Shown here: positions 1 to 12,649 of the stretch, piece after piece
How the letters are laid out: each line of letters opens with the position of its first letter
How positions within the stretch are numbered: the stretch's first letter is position 1
Assembly: GCF_006345805.1 (NCBI RefSeq)
Contig: NC_043006.1
Coordinates: 37,138,001-37,202,000, forward strand
DNA: 64,000 nucleotides
Direction: 5' to 3'
From: Octopus sinensis
Lineage: Eukaryota
Translations under genes and position numbers: made by a program
Notes under the pieces: generated by a model
The model's input: the letters and a program-made list of their open reading frames with translations, nothing else
Told to the model about the DNA's origin: nothing
Database searches by the model: none

Positions 1-360
1 ATCTTACTCTTAGTTTTGTTTCATTTTGGAAGATAAAAGATTATTGTATGGTTTGTTATTATTTATATTTTGAACTGCTGAGGTGTCGAAACCATTATGA
101 TATCTGTGGGGCAGCTGATGATGGAGGTATGTTGGATTGTTGGTATGGCTATTTTTGTATATGTGGAAAAGTATTGTAACACATCCTTTTGATATATAAG
201 GGGTACCGAAATCTTTTAGGTGCTTAGGACCTTTATAGATCTTAATCAGGCACTGATTTTACAGATGCTCCACTAATCACTTATTTTCACCCATCGCTAT
301 TTTAAAGTTTCTCAGCAGCCCCTATATTGTTCTTCATAGTTCATTTCTCTATTGTCTCAG

Positions 361-513
361 GTTTCACAGGCCTTGCACCGGATACAATTTGCAAACCCAA
401 GACTTCCAACCTCTACTGACAAACGCTTCGTTCTCCGCCCATTCTTGCTGAACTCCACCAATGCCCGTCTCTCTTCCTCTCTTGCGCTAACTCCAGTGGT
501 AGCCTACACATGA
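361..513 (+). CDS. Candidate terminal coding exon of an unidentified gene (VSQALHRIQFANPRLPTSTDKRFVLRPFLLNSTNARLSSSLALTPVVAYT*)
   Basis: Polypyrimidine tract plus CAG acceptor (atttctctattgtctcag, AG at 359-360); 50 open codons in phase 0 to TGA 511-513; non-repetitive, higher-GC sequence; ATTAAA about 45 nt downstream. No homology recognised; other phases are also open for 18-29 codons. Confidence 0.3.
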   Translation, partial: VSQALHRIQFANPRLPTSTDKRFVLRPFLLNSTNARLSSSLALTPVVAYT

Positions 514-736
514 ATAATTATGTTACACTCATTTTTTAGTAAATATTTTACTCTTTATTAAAATCGAGTTCTCTCTATAGATGCTCGTTAGCTTATATAT
601 TACATACATATATACAAACATACACATACGCGTGCGCACATACATTTACATACATACATTCATTTATATTTTGGTAGAGAAAGAGCCAAAGAGATTAAAA
701 TGATTGAGTGAGTGAAAGGGTGAGTAAATACATAAA

Positions 737-962
737 TATTGGGCTGGTGCATAATTATTGCGGCTTTTTTTTTTTTTCAACAAATTTTATTCAACAAAAA
801 CAATAACAATATTTAACAAAATCATCTTTAAATGACGGTCTGACTGTCTTGCCAAGCAAATGGGAAGCAGTAATTGAAGTAGATGGTGAATATGCTCCGG
901 AATAATCATTTAAAAATTGTTTTTGTTAAAAAAAGCCGCAATAATTATGCACCAACCCAATA
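737..962 (+). mobile_element. Internally deleted mariner element (MITE) with ~32-bp TIRs and TA target duplication
   Basis: TA-ttgggctggtgcataattattgcggctttt ... aaaagccgcaataattatgcaccaacccaa-TA (one mismatch); TIRs resemble Hsmar1/MADE1-type ends; 831-905 encodes a mariner C-terminus NDGLTVLPSKWEAVIEVDGEYAPE*. Confidence 0.9.
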
Positions 963-1790
963 CATACATATACACACACATACATACATACATACATACA
1001 TACATACACATACACACACATACACACATACATACATACATACATACATACATACATACATACATACATACACATACACACATTTATTTATGTATGTATG
1101 AATACATATATTGTAGATACACCACGACACGAAATAAGAATCTGAAAATGTGACAACGCGGGAAGATTAAGTACAGAAATGTATCACACGCACCCGCGTG
1201 CGCGCGCGCGCACACACACACCACACACACACATACGCACACACACGGATACCCACTTTTCTCTTTCTCTCTCTCTCTCTCACGCACACCCCAACACAAA
1301 TAGATCCCACGCAGAAACGTACATAAACACACACGCACACGCATACTCTCTTTGTCGCTCTCTCTCTCACACAGAGACATAGATATAGACTCTTCCATAC
1401 AGACACACACACACTCACGCACGGACGTCCACACAAACGCACACATTCATACACATACATACACACTCATACACAACCATGCAGAAACACACATGCACGC
1501 ACACAGACACACACACTCTCATATACGCACATCTTCATACAACACGTACACACACTCACACACACTCACACACACACACACACACACAGACACATAGATA
1601 CGCATAGATATACATACACACCACATTCACAATAGCATCTACATACTCACACTGGCACAGAAACATACAGATACGCACGCATATACACGCATCCTTACTA
1701 GAGCACTTAGACACACACACGCACACACAAATAAATACACACGCGCGCACACACTCATACAGCCCCATACACACACCACACACATACAAA
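961..1790. repeat. (TACA)n/(CA)n compound microsatellite block
   Basis: Direct inspection; source of the poly-HT/YI/CV ORFs. Confidence 0.95.
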
Positions 1791-2814
1791 CGAAAGAAAG
1801 GTTGTTTATATCTTTTATTTGATGACAACCACCCTCCACCTCTCCTCATGAAATGTTCAACAGCAAAAGGTCATATGTCCAAGATGGCGACCTTTGCGTG
1901 TGACCCAACCTTTGGCTGACGCTTCATTATCAAACACCCGATAAAGCTCCGAAGTAGCAACCACCTCTGCCCTCCCCAAGCAACCCCCTCTCTCTTTTTG
2001 ACTTCTTTCCTCTCCCACTTCGTCTTAACTCGACAGACTTCATTGCTGTCACTCTTTCCTGCTAAAAATAGCAGTCAAATCCTCAACCATTCGTGACGTG
2101 GTTACGAAGCGAGCTTCATTAATCATACAACCATTCCTTGAACCTATTCTTTTACTTGTTTCAGTCATTTGACTGCGGCCACGCCGGAGCACTACATTTA
2201 GTCAAACAAACTGACAGCAAGACTTATTCTTTGTAAGCCTAGTACTTATTCTATCGGACACTTTGCTGAACCACTAAGCTACGGGGACATAAACACACCA
2301 AAATCGGTTGTCAAGTGATGGTAGGGGACAAACACAGGCACACGAATACATACATACATACAAATTCCAGCGAGGTCGACTTTGCCTTTCATCCTTTATG
2401 GGGGTCAATGAAATAAGTACCAGTTACGCACTGGGGTCGATAAAATCAACTTAATCCCCTCCCCAAAGCTGGCCTTGCGGCAAAAATTTGAAACCATTAT
2501 TAGAAGCCTTCTTTAGGCAGCTGGTAGAATCGTTAGCACACCGGACAAAATGCTTAGCGGCATTTCGTCCGTCTTTACGTTCTGAGTTCAAATTCTGCCG
2601 GGGTCGACTTTGTCTTTCATCCTTTTCGGGGTCGAGGAAATAAGTACCAGTTGAGCCCTAGGGTCGATGTAATCAACTTACTCCTCCCCCAAATTTTAAG
2701 GCCTTGTGTCATTAGTAGAAAGGATTATTAGAAGCTTTCTTATTACTCCTTTTCTTTTCTTTCTTTGGTACTACAATGCTTCCAGCGAATTACAACTCGC
2801 TTATAACCAATTTA

Positions 2815-3185
2815 TTCTTTTATTCGTTTCAGTCATTTGACTGCGGCCATGCTGGAGCACCGCCTTTAGTCGAACACATCGACCCCAGGACTTATTCTTT
2901 ATAAGCCTAGTACTTATTCTAACAGTCTCTTTTGCCAAACCGCCAAGTTACGGGGACGTAAACACACCAACATCGGTTGTCAAGTGACAAACACAGACAT
3001 ACACACACATACACACACATATAAATGTACACAACGGGCTTCTTTCAGTTTCCGTCTACCAAATTCACTCAAGGCTTTGGTCGGCCCGATGTTATAGTAG
3101 AAGACACTTGCCCAATGTGCCACGCAGTGGGACTGAACCCGGAACCATGTGGTTGGGAAGAAAGCTACTTACCACACAGCCACTC
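2815..3185 (-). mobile_element. SINE family A copy (tRNA head + CORE-like segment + internal microsatellite + 3' body)
   Basis: Reverse complement of the element at 6506-6900. Further partial or diverged copies near 2150, 3310, 8000, 8790, 19330, 20580, 21350, 23850, 28820, 30060, 30715, 34515, 38090, 43900, 45705, 46350, 47895, 51650, 53440, 54255, 55245, 55545, 61895. Confidence 0.9.
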
Positions 3186-3432
3186 CGGCGCATAAATTTA
3201 TTGCTCATAAATTTTAAAACCAAAATCTTGTGGACCCCAAGAGTCATACGGACCCAAATTGAAAACCACTGCCTAAGGAGAGAACATGCAGGATGTAATG
3301 GCGAACCCTTAATATTGCAGGACATAAACAAACCAAAGCCGGTTGTCAAGCTATGGAATGGTGGCAGATATAAACACAAAGACACACACGCACACACACA
3401 CATGCAGGAGCACACACACACACACATGCAGG

Positions 3433-3487
<55 letters not shown>

Positions 3488-3769
3488 CGGGTCTCTTTCA
3501 GTTTCTGCCCGCCGAATCCACTAACAAGGCTTTTGATGGCCTGGGTCTACAGTAGAAGACACTTGCTCAAGGTGCCACGCAGTGGGACTGAACCCAGAAC
3601 CTTGTGCTTAGGAAATAAACTTCTTACCACACAGCCACGCCCGCGCCGCTTTGGAAAAAAAGCAAAAAACAAAAGAAAAAGTAAAGAAAAGAAAAATAAC
3701 GGTATTGTCACGGATGGAACGCTTTTAAAGATAGATCTGCTTGAGTAAAGCTGATTTCGGGTTGGCATT

Positions 3770-4093
3770 GGCACTTCGTCGGTTACGACGACGACGATTC
3801 CAGTTGACCCGATCAACGGAACAACCTGTTCATGGAATTAATGTGCAAGAGGCTGAGTACTCCACAGACATGCATTCCCTTAACGTAGTTCTCAGAGAGA
3901 TTCTGCGTGACACAGAGTGTGACAAGGCTGGCCCCTTGAAATACATGTACAACTCATTTTTGCTAGTTGAGTGAAGTGGAGCAACGTGAAATCAAGTGTC
4001 TTGCTAAAGGACACAACGCGCCACCAAGGATCGAACTCAGAACCTTAGGATCATCATGCGAATACTCTTAACCACTAAGCCAAGCGTCTTCAC
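3770..4093 (-). mobile_element. SINE family C (tRNA/CORE-type head with a different 3' body)
   Basis: Minus strand reads gtgaagacgcttggcttagtggttaag...gagttcgatcc...gtccttagcaagacactt; related copies near 10960, 18625, 21065, 21810, 28975, 29560, 45330, 47045, 49225. Confidence 0.8.
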
Positions 4094-4584
4094 AAACAGC
4101 ATCAAAAACGACGATGACGGCATCACATTCTATTCACATCCATTACACACTGTCATCGAAATCCGATAAGACACCAGAGAGTAGATGCAACTTGCTTCCT
4201 CTCCCTCCTTCGTTCTCTTTCATCCTCTCTCATTCATCTCTATCAACATTATTTCTCTTCTCTACACCATCTTCTCCTCCCACTTCTACCACACTTTATC
4301 TAGCCTCCAGCTATGCTCAATGTCGCTATAACGTATTTTATTAGTGCTAACAATAAAACGCCAACCCCAAAAGTCATTGAGTAAGCATTCAAGTATTTCT
4401 CCTTTCAATAAAACAGTATTCAAGTCAACGAGGGGGGTGCTATTATGTGATCGCATGTACGACTAGAAACAGGAGTCACATTTCCCTCAAATCATATTTA
4501 AAAATAAAGAAAAAAATCGGTAAAAGTCATTCTTGCAAGGTTGTTGATTCCAAGTTTAATTAATCTGGATCGACTACCAACACA

Positions 4585-4586
<2 letters not shown>

Positions 4587-4673
<87 letters not shown>

Positions 4674-4858
4674 CTTTTTTTTCCTTCCCCCCACCTTTTT
4701 TAAAAAATTATATCCCCCCCTTATTTTGTCCTCCTTCTTTCCATTTACGATCCCTTTTGATCGAAAACCAAACCCCTTTCTTTTACACCCAAAAGAAAAG
4801 CTCTACCTTGTAATTTTGTCCTGTCTGTGTGCAGCCCTGTGTGGTTAATAAAGAAACA

Positions 4859-4940
<82 letters not shown>
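4587..4940. repeat. Two (CTAT)n tetranucleotide microsatellites
   Basis: Runs at about 4587-4671 and 4860-4939. Confidence 0.95.
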
Positions 4941-5527
4941 ACTGTCTAACTGTCTGTCTGTCTAAATATAGTCTAAGAAAACTTTTACGGTTGCCCCATC
5001 AACTATTAATATGAGATAAGTAGAATTTTTCTTCTTTTCGACCCCCCTTTAAGGGTATTATGAAAGTATGAAGATCCATTTGCCAACCCCATTATTATTG
5101 TTATATAGTCAAGAGGTCAATGTCCAAGGATTTTCAGGTTTGAAAAATTTTTCCAATTGTTGCACATTGATTTCCATGGCTCTGAACTACCCCAAAGTGG
5201 TAATTTCCATTTTGAGCCATTTTCAGTTGATGGAAATAGATATTTAGAGTTATTTTAAATGTTATACTTTTACATTTCTATACTCGCCCTCAGGTGTATT
5301 TTAAGAATAGATATAATTTTATACAGTTTCAATCTAGAGACAAGAAGTTATTCTGGTTGAAAAATTGAACAAAAGATACCAAACTTGTCACCTTGTCTTC
5401 CTTCTTTTGACTCCACCGTTACACAAGAAAACAGGCTTTTTAGTAAGTGAATTCATGTGTTCTGTTAAGATTTTAGTTCTTACTGTAAGATTAAGGATGG
5501 GATACTCACCAACTGTTGTTATTATGT

Positions 5528-5912
5528 GGGCAGAAACGTTAGCACACCGGCCGAAACGCTTAGCGGTATTTCGTCTGCCGTTACGTTCTGAATTCAAATT
5601 CCGCCGAGGTCGACTTTGCCTTTCATCCTTTCGGGGTCGATTAAATAAGTACCAGTTACGCACTGGGGTCAAAATAATCGACTTAATCCGTTTGTCTGTC
5701 CTTGTTTGTCCCTTCTGTGTTTAGCTCCTTGCGGATAGTAAAGAAATAGGTATTTCGTCTGTCTTTATGTTCTGAGTTCAAATTCCGCCGATGTCGACTT
5801 TGCCTTTCATCTTTCCGGGGTCGATAAATTAAGTACCAGTTGCGTATTAGGGTCCATCTAATCAGCTGGCTCCCTCCCCCAAAATTTCGGGCCTTGTGCC
5901 TTGAGTAGAAAA
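5528..5912 (+). mobile_element. SINE family B, dimeric form
   Basis: ggcagaaacgttagc head, B-box-like gagttcaaatt, body gtcgactttgcctttcatcctttcggggtcgat repeated at a 184-bp period (5565, 5749); ends in ccttgtgccttgagtagaaaag. Other dimers at 22046-22448 (-) and 28262-28650 (+); monomeric or partial copies near 2515, 12410, 15330, 16750, 21535, 31760, 32015, 35225, 36735, 37005, 50205, 55865. Confidence 0.9.
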
Positions 5913-6462
5913 GTTTATGTAACAGCTGCCTAAACTTAATTGTTTTTTTAAAAATAATTCCCAAGACATGAATTTTTTCGGTTCGTATCTTTTCTACGTT
6001 GACCAAGTTAAAAGAATTGGCCTTTAGTGTCTGAGGGATTCTATCATACCCACATCCAGCGAACCACCTCAACAGATTCCGTCATCCACAATATTCCATT
6101 CACAAAACTTTGGTCAGTCCGAGATTATATCAGGAACCATGTCTTGTCCACGTTGCCGCGCGCTGAGATCGAAACTAGACCCACGTGAATGTGAAACGTA
6201 TCCTCTTAAGCTCCCGTGAAATCACAATCTTCGATTCTTCTACAATGTCGTATATCTCGTCTGTCTGTGTGTCATTCAGATAATTAAGGTGGTATTTAAA
6301 CATTAACTCTTAATTAAAATGAATAATATTCTAATTAATAATTAATAACTAAAGAATGCATAGCTATAAGGAATTTAGTGTCAGCTAATCATTAGTTAAT
6401 GATCCTGCTTTAATTATTTCAGAACGATCTTTAGTTTTAATAACTTCTTGGGAATGTTTCCA

Positions 6463-6504
<42 letters not shown>

Positions 6505-6505
6505 T

Positions 6506-6900
6506 GAGTGGCTGTGTGGTAAGTAGCTTGCTTACCAACCACATGGTTCCGGGTTCAGTCCCACTGCGTGGCACCTTGGGCAAATGTCTTCTACTATAGC
6601 CTCGGGCCGACCAAAGCCTTGTGAGTGAATTTGGTAGACGGAAACTGAAAAGAAGCCCGTCGTATATATGTATATATATATATGCGTGTGTGTGTTTGTG
6701 TGTCTGTGTTTGTCCCCCTAGCATTGCTTGACAACCGATGCTGGTGTATTTATGCCCCCGTTTCTTAGCGGTTCGGCAAAAGAGACCGATAGAATAAGTA
6801 CTGGGCTTACAACAGAATAAGTCCCGGGGTCGAGTTGCTCGATTAAAAGGCGGTGCTCCAGCATGGCCGCAGTGAAAATGACTGAAACAAGTAAAAGAGT
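6506..6900 (+). mobile_element. SINE family A, full-length copy
   Basis: A-box-like tggctgtgtgg, B-box-like ggttcagtccc, CORE-like caccttgggcaaatgtctt, internal (TA)/(TG) tract, 3' end gactgaaacaagtaaaagag. Confidence 0.92.
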
Positions 6901-7044
6901 AATTATTATTATTATTATTATTGATATCCTGTTGATTATTTTGATTTTATCCTTACTTTAAGTTGTACGGATAATACCGCACTAAGTACCCAATTCAACT
7001 GAATCTCAAATATTTCTTACATACACACACACATACACACACAT

Positions 7045-7108
<64 letters not shown>

Positions 7109-7266
7109 AGGGATATTAGCCAACTGAATATGGCTAGGGACAGGGCAGGGTGGTGGGGGTGTCACTGTTGCATTTAGCCCCAGGCGAACATCAACGTCAC
7201 CAGATAGGCCGACGCCATCACGGCGTCCTCTATCTTGCAAAGGGAGATCATTCACCAAGAAGCGGA

Positions 7267-7320
7267 TACCACACACGGACCTAGGTTTCAAGGTGTATTG
7301 CCTATTATCAACGTGTGGTA
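7267..7320 (-). ncRNA. Type-I hammerhead ribozyme, U3/A8 core variant (left-arm copy)
   Basis: Mirror copy of 7700-7753. Confidence 0.75.
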
Positions 7321-7699
7321 GGCATCGCTTCTCGATGAACGACCAACTGTGCAAGATATATATAAGGATTTTCAAGTAAATACATTTACTGATTTCGAAA
7401 ATCTGTTCGACAGCAATAATAATTCTCTAAATGAGATATAGACAGTGACTGCTCCATAATATAAGGGATATTAGCCAACTGAATATGGCTAGGGACAGGG
7501 CAGGGTGGTGGGGGTGTCACTGTGTCCCTAGCCATATTCAGTTGGCTAATATCCCTTATATTATGGAGCAGTCACTGTCTATATCTCATTTAGAGAATTA
7601 TTATTGCTGTCGAACAGATTTTCGAAATCAGTAAATGTATTTACTTGAAAATCCTTATATATATCTTGCACAGTTGGTCGTTCATCGAGAAGCGATGCC

Positions 7700-7753
7700 T
7701 ACCACACGTTGATAATAGGCAATACACCTTGAAACCTAGGTCCGTGTGTGGTA
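7700..7753 (+). ncRNA. Type-I hammerhead ribozyme, U3/A8 core variant (right-arm copy)
   Basis: Stem I TACCA-CACG / CGTG-(TG)-TGGTA; core TTGATAA (7709-7715); stem II AGG/CCT; GAAA; palindromic stem III ACCTAGGT; GTC triplet, predicted cut 7742/7743. Confidence 0.75.
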
Positions 7754-7961
7754 TCCGCTTCTTGGTGAATGATCTCCCTTTGCAAGATAGAGGACGCCGT
7801 GATGGCGTCGGCCTATCTGGTGACGTTGATGTTCGCCTGGGACTAAATGCAACAGTGACACCCCCACCACCCTGCCCTGTCCCTAGCCATATTCAGTTGG
7901 CTAATATCCCTTATATTATGGAGCAGTCACTGTCTATATCTCATTTAGAGAATTATTATTG

Positions 7962-7997
<36 letters not shown>

Positions 7998-9512
7998 GCA
8001 TGTGTTTGTTCTCACCCCATCATTGCTTGACAACCGGTGTTGGTGTGTTTACGCCCGTAATTTAGCGGCTCGGCAAAAGAGACAATATAATAAATACTAC
8101 GCTTAAAGCCCTTTCGGCTAAAACCTTTCAAGGCGGTGCCCCAGGATGGCCTCAGTCAAACGACTGAAACAAGAGTAAAAGAATACATACATACACACAT
8201 ACATACATACATACATACATACATACAGACAGACAGACAGACAGACAGATACATAATTAGATAGATAGATAGATAGATAGATAGATGGATAGATATAAAT
8301 ATATATTTACACACGTTATCTTTCTTCCTTTCTCATACACACACATACACGCGCACACACACATACACGCGCACACACACATACACGCACACACACACAT
8401 ACACGCACAAACATATATACACGGAAGCTCATAGTGGAAATGTTAAAGTTACACACACACACAGTCTCTCTCTTTCTCTCAGAGTCCCACCTACCCCCGC
8501 TCCCGTCCTATCTACTTTTCCAGTGTTTATGAAGCCGCTGTCTCACCGAAGACTCCATGCGGGGATATATTATACGGGATGCAATGAGACACTCCGTTCC
8601 CATGTAATACGTAGATCAGTGGGTTTAATGGACGCTGACTCATTTATGTAAACAATCAAATAACGGAAGTCCTTAGAATAACAGGCTTCTATAAGTTCTT
8701 TGCTCTGTTGTCGCCTGGAAGCAAACGAACACTCCTTATCCAGCAGGCCAGCCATCCATGTATGTCTTTTATTTCTGTTATTTCTTTTATTTGCTTCAGT
8801 CATTTGACTGCGGCTATGCTGGAGCACCACCTTTTAGTCAGATAAATCGATTCAAACGGTAGCAGGGGACAAACACAGTCACAAAGAGACACATACACAT
8901 ATTTATATACGACGGGCTTCTTTCAGTTTCCGTCTACCAAATCCACTCATTATGTTCTGGTTGGCCCGATGCTATAGTTGAAGACACTTGCCCAAGGTGC
9001 TACGCAGTGGGACGGAACCCGGGACCATGCGGTCGGGAGGCAAGCTTCTTACCACACAATAACGCCTGTGCATGCCAACTTTGGTGAATTCCAAAATATT
9101 TAGGTTATCTCTCCTTCTCACATGGAACTAGTGTTAGTTGTCCCTTGGTATTTATGATACACCCTCTAGTGGCAGAGATGATTATAATAAATTTAAAATC
9201 TATGTTGTATGGTATTTGATATACCTGTATTTGTGTAGGATAGTCAAGGCCGGATTACTGCTGACTGTTGCCCTAATCATATCCTCAAAATGATTCTTTC
9301 TTTCCTTTCCATTGTATAAATGAGAAAAAGAAAACAAACAGAAAACTACGACCGAAGAGCTGAATGTGTTGCAGCTGATGAAATATTCAGTATTTTTCGT
9401 GATCATTCTCCGGCTACACTCAATAAATATATTAAATATAATGGTGGTGGTGATATTGGTGGTGATGGTGATGATGGTAGTGATAATTGTTGTGGTTGAG
9501 GTGATGGTGGTG

Positions 9513-9662
9513 AGAGAGCATATGCACCCAGATACTTCGATTAAAAAACACCTTAAGAAGTGCCAGGCCTAGGATTTCAAAGTATTCATCAGAGCCGTTC
9601 AATGCAATAGAGTAAATCTCAGAATCATGGAGGGCATTTTTCTCATCAGTGACCAGTTATAA
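9513..9662 (+). pseudogene. Penelope-like GIY-YIG endonuclease C-terminal remnant
   Basis: REHMHPDTSIKKHLKKCQA*DFKVFIRAVQCNRVNLRIMEGIFLISDQL* fits the EH..S.I..H..F..L..E..I pattern of PLE endonucleases; in-frame stop; followed by an HHR-bearing pLTR. Confidence 0.6.
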
Positions 9663-9762
9663 ATAACAAAAAGGAACTACTATAGCAACACCGGTGTGCG
9701 CATGTCACCTTCCTCCCTCACACTTCTGAGCAACGACCTTTTCCCATTCCTCGCTTTTCCAA

Positions 9763-9802
9763 GTGTCCTGAAGAAGGGGTCATAGCCCCGAAATATAGAA
9801 AT
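9763..9802 (+). ncRNA. Minimal type-I hammerhead (canonical core, decayed stem I) in Penelope pLTR
   Basis: GTGTC CTGAAGA A GGGGT-CATA-GCCCC GAA ATAT A GAAAT; palindromic ATAT stem III. Confidence 0.65.
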
Positions 9803-9888
9803 ATATACACGTTGGTTATATTTTTGTAGCTGTTGTTTACTTTATACCTACTCACATTGTTTCTGGCCTAACCGAACAAGTCTATTTA

Positions 9889-10014
<126 letters not shown>

Positions 10015-10200
10015 AGGGACAGAGAGATAGCTTAATGTACAACCGTATAAGCTGAAAAGTAAATAATTATTTAAGCGTAGAAAATTTGTTTTAAAATCAG
10101 AACAGATTGGTGGTTTCAAGTTAATTGAGGAAATCCGATGCCATCCGCGAAATTACATCATAATTGACACTCCTCTTACATAGCTTAACGCCTTCGCAGT

Positions 10201-10256
<56 letters not shown>

Positions 10257-10317
10257 ATATATATAAATACACATACATACATACGTACATACACTCACAC
10301 ACACACATTTGTGTGTG

Positions 10318-10362
<45 letters not shown>

Positions 10363-10451
10363 ACATATATATAAACACACACACACACACATATATATGA
10401 ATGCATGCATGTATGTATCTGTGTGTTTATGTACACGTGTGTGTGTGTATA

Positions 10452-10501
<50 letters not shown>

Positions 10502-12081
10502 ATATATATAAATGTATATAGATATGTATATACATCACATACAACACATGTGTATAAACATGTTTCTATATGTGTGTATGTGTGCGCGCGCGCGACTTTG
10601 CGTATAAGCGAGAGACGGACAAATAAATGTAGATGCGGTGGACAAAGAATATTTCATAATTTTTTGCGACCTATATCTCATCAAACCAAGGTGGACTTAG
10701 CCATTTCGTCTTTTATAGGAATGGCAAAAATCCTAAAGTCAATTCATTCAGTTTCAACCTTTGAAGACAGTGCTCCAGCATGGCCGTAGTCCACAGACTA
10801 AATCCTGTAAGAGAAAATGAATAACATATTTACATTTGCACACACACACACATACACACATACACACACACACACACTCATACTCTCACATACATATATG
10901 CACACACACATAAACCTACACACACACATTAACCTACACACACATATCGAGATGGTTTAAATAGGTCCTCCGTTGGTTTCGGCGATGAATATCCGTTGAG
11001 TGAACAAGTAGGTGGCTGAGCACTGAAAAGACTCGAGATACATGCAAAAGAAATAAGTACCGTCTTGACTCTTAGGACTCACAGGTCCCACGCTTACCCG
11101 GCATCAATGGCCTATAAGTGGGCGAGCTCACAACAATCCACAGTCAACGGGACGCCAATCGAGTGCAGGGTTACTCATGTACAGCTGAGGGGACACCAGC
11201 AACGTGAAATGGAGTGTTTTGCTCAAGAGTACAATGCAACGCTCTGTCCGGGAATCGAAACAACGATCTTGCTTTTGTGAGAGCAACGTCTTAACCACTA
11301 TGCCACGCGCACGTGTAACATGATTCTCAGTCTGATTCCCCACGAAACAATAGCATATTGGAACATGTTCAATCTGGTAAGGCACTAAGTACAACTACAA
11401 CTCACTGGTTTGAATTTCATCAACACTGTCTCACTCATAGGGTTGGGTTGACTGGGAAATATATAATTAAAAGAGACTTGCTCAAGATGTCACGTACTGG
11501 AATCGAACCTGCGATTCTAAGATTACGAAATCTTAAGCACTCGATCATGCTTGCATTCATTCATAAATTGGGGGAATTCTGGTCGTTTTCAACGATGACC
11601 ATTCAATCGTTCGCTCATCTGAGCCGCATAGTTAACTGGAGGCTTTAGTGAAAGTCTTACCCAATATTCTACACATCAATGGCACATCTCTTGTGTAAGT
11701 TGCTGCCTGCGGCAGTCCTTGTGTTTACCGCTCAATAATTATATCTTGCACTTGGATAGTAAAAGCATAATCTTGGAAATGTTGTGTTAAGTAATGGTCC
11801 CCGAGAGAGGTTACACTTCTTGTCGGTATTGTTTACACTTTGCAAATTCTTCACAAACGTAGCCATGCATAACGTTCTGTTGGTACGCAAAACAATACTC
11901 CAGTCTGTTTTTTTGCATGTAGGAGATTAAATTTCTAGGTCCTTCACTCTCTACTCGTAAGATATTTCTCTCCACACTATTGAGCACTTGGTTAAGGCGT
12001 CTGATTTTATTATCATTTAGCAGATGCTATACGGCACTCTTTGATTTTTCCAGACTGACTTCTTACCCGTTTATTTATCCC

Positions 12082-12378
12082 ACTTCTCTCTCTCTCCCCA
12101 CCTCGCTCTCTCCACCTCTGTCTCCCACCCCTCTCTCTATACCTCTCTCTCCACCTCTCTCTCTCTCTCTGTCTCTCTCTGTCTGTCTATCTCTCCACTC
12201 TCTACACTTCTCTCTCTACCTCTCCCCACTTCTCTCTCTCTCCTACTTTTCTCTCTCCCCACTTCTCTCTCTCCCCACTTCTCTCTTTCTCCGCCTCTCT
12301 CTCTCTCCCCACTTCTCTCTCTCCCTACTTCTCATTCCATCTCTCTCTCCCCACTTCTCTCCCTCTCCACCTCTCTCT
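12082..12378. repeat. (CT)-rich polypyrimidine low-complexity tract with recurring ctctctccccactt units
   Basis: Direct inspection. Confidence 0.9.
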
Positions 12379-12649
12379 CTGATTCTGAGCTTATCAATAT
12401 CATTTCTGTAAAGCGGCAAGCTAGCAGAATTGTTAGCATGCCGGACAAAATTCTTAGTGGCATTTCACCCAGTCATTACTTCTGGGTTCAAATGCCGCCA
12501 AGGTCGACTTTGACCTTTCACCCTTTCGGGGTCAATAAAATAAGTACCAGTTGAATACTGAGATCGATATAATCGATTTAACTCCTCCACCGAAATTGCT
12601 GCCCTTGTGCCAAAACTTGAAACCAATATTATTATTTCTGTGCAATCTT

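Larger units (their letters stand above)
7101..7963. repeat. Fold-back palindrome of a 355-bp tandem unit (Penelope pLTR/retrozyme-like)
   Basis: Arms 7101-7497 and 7523-7919 are reverse complements (one mismatch seen); 25-nt spacer; unit start recurs at 7101 and 7456; extra partial unit 7920-7963; both sides flanked by (TA)n. Confidence 0.95.

Noticed and set aside
6995-8106. Identical ORFs on opposite strands (MKILIYILH...)
   Set aside because: A by-product of the palindrome; TTG start, no recognisable domain, runs into TA repeats.
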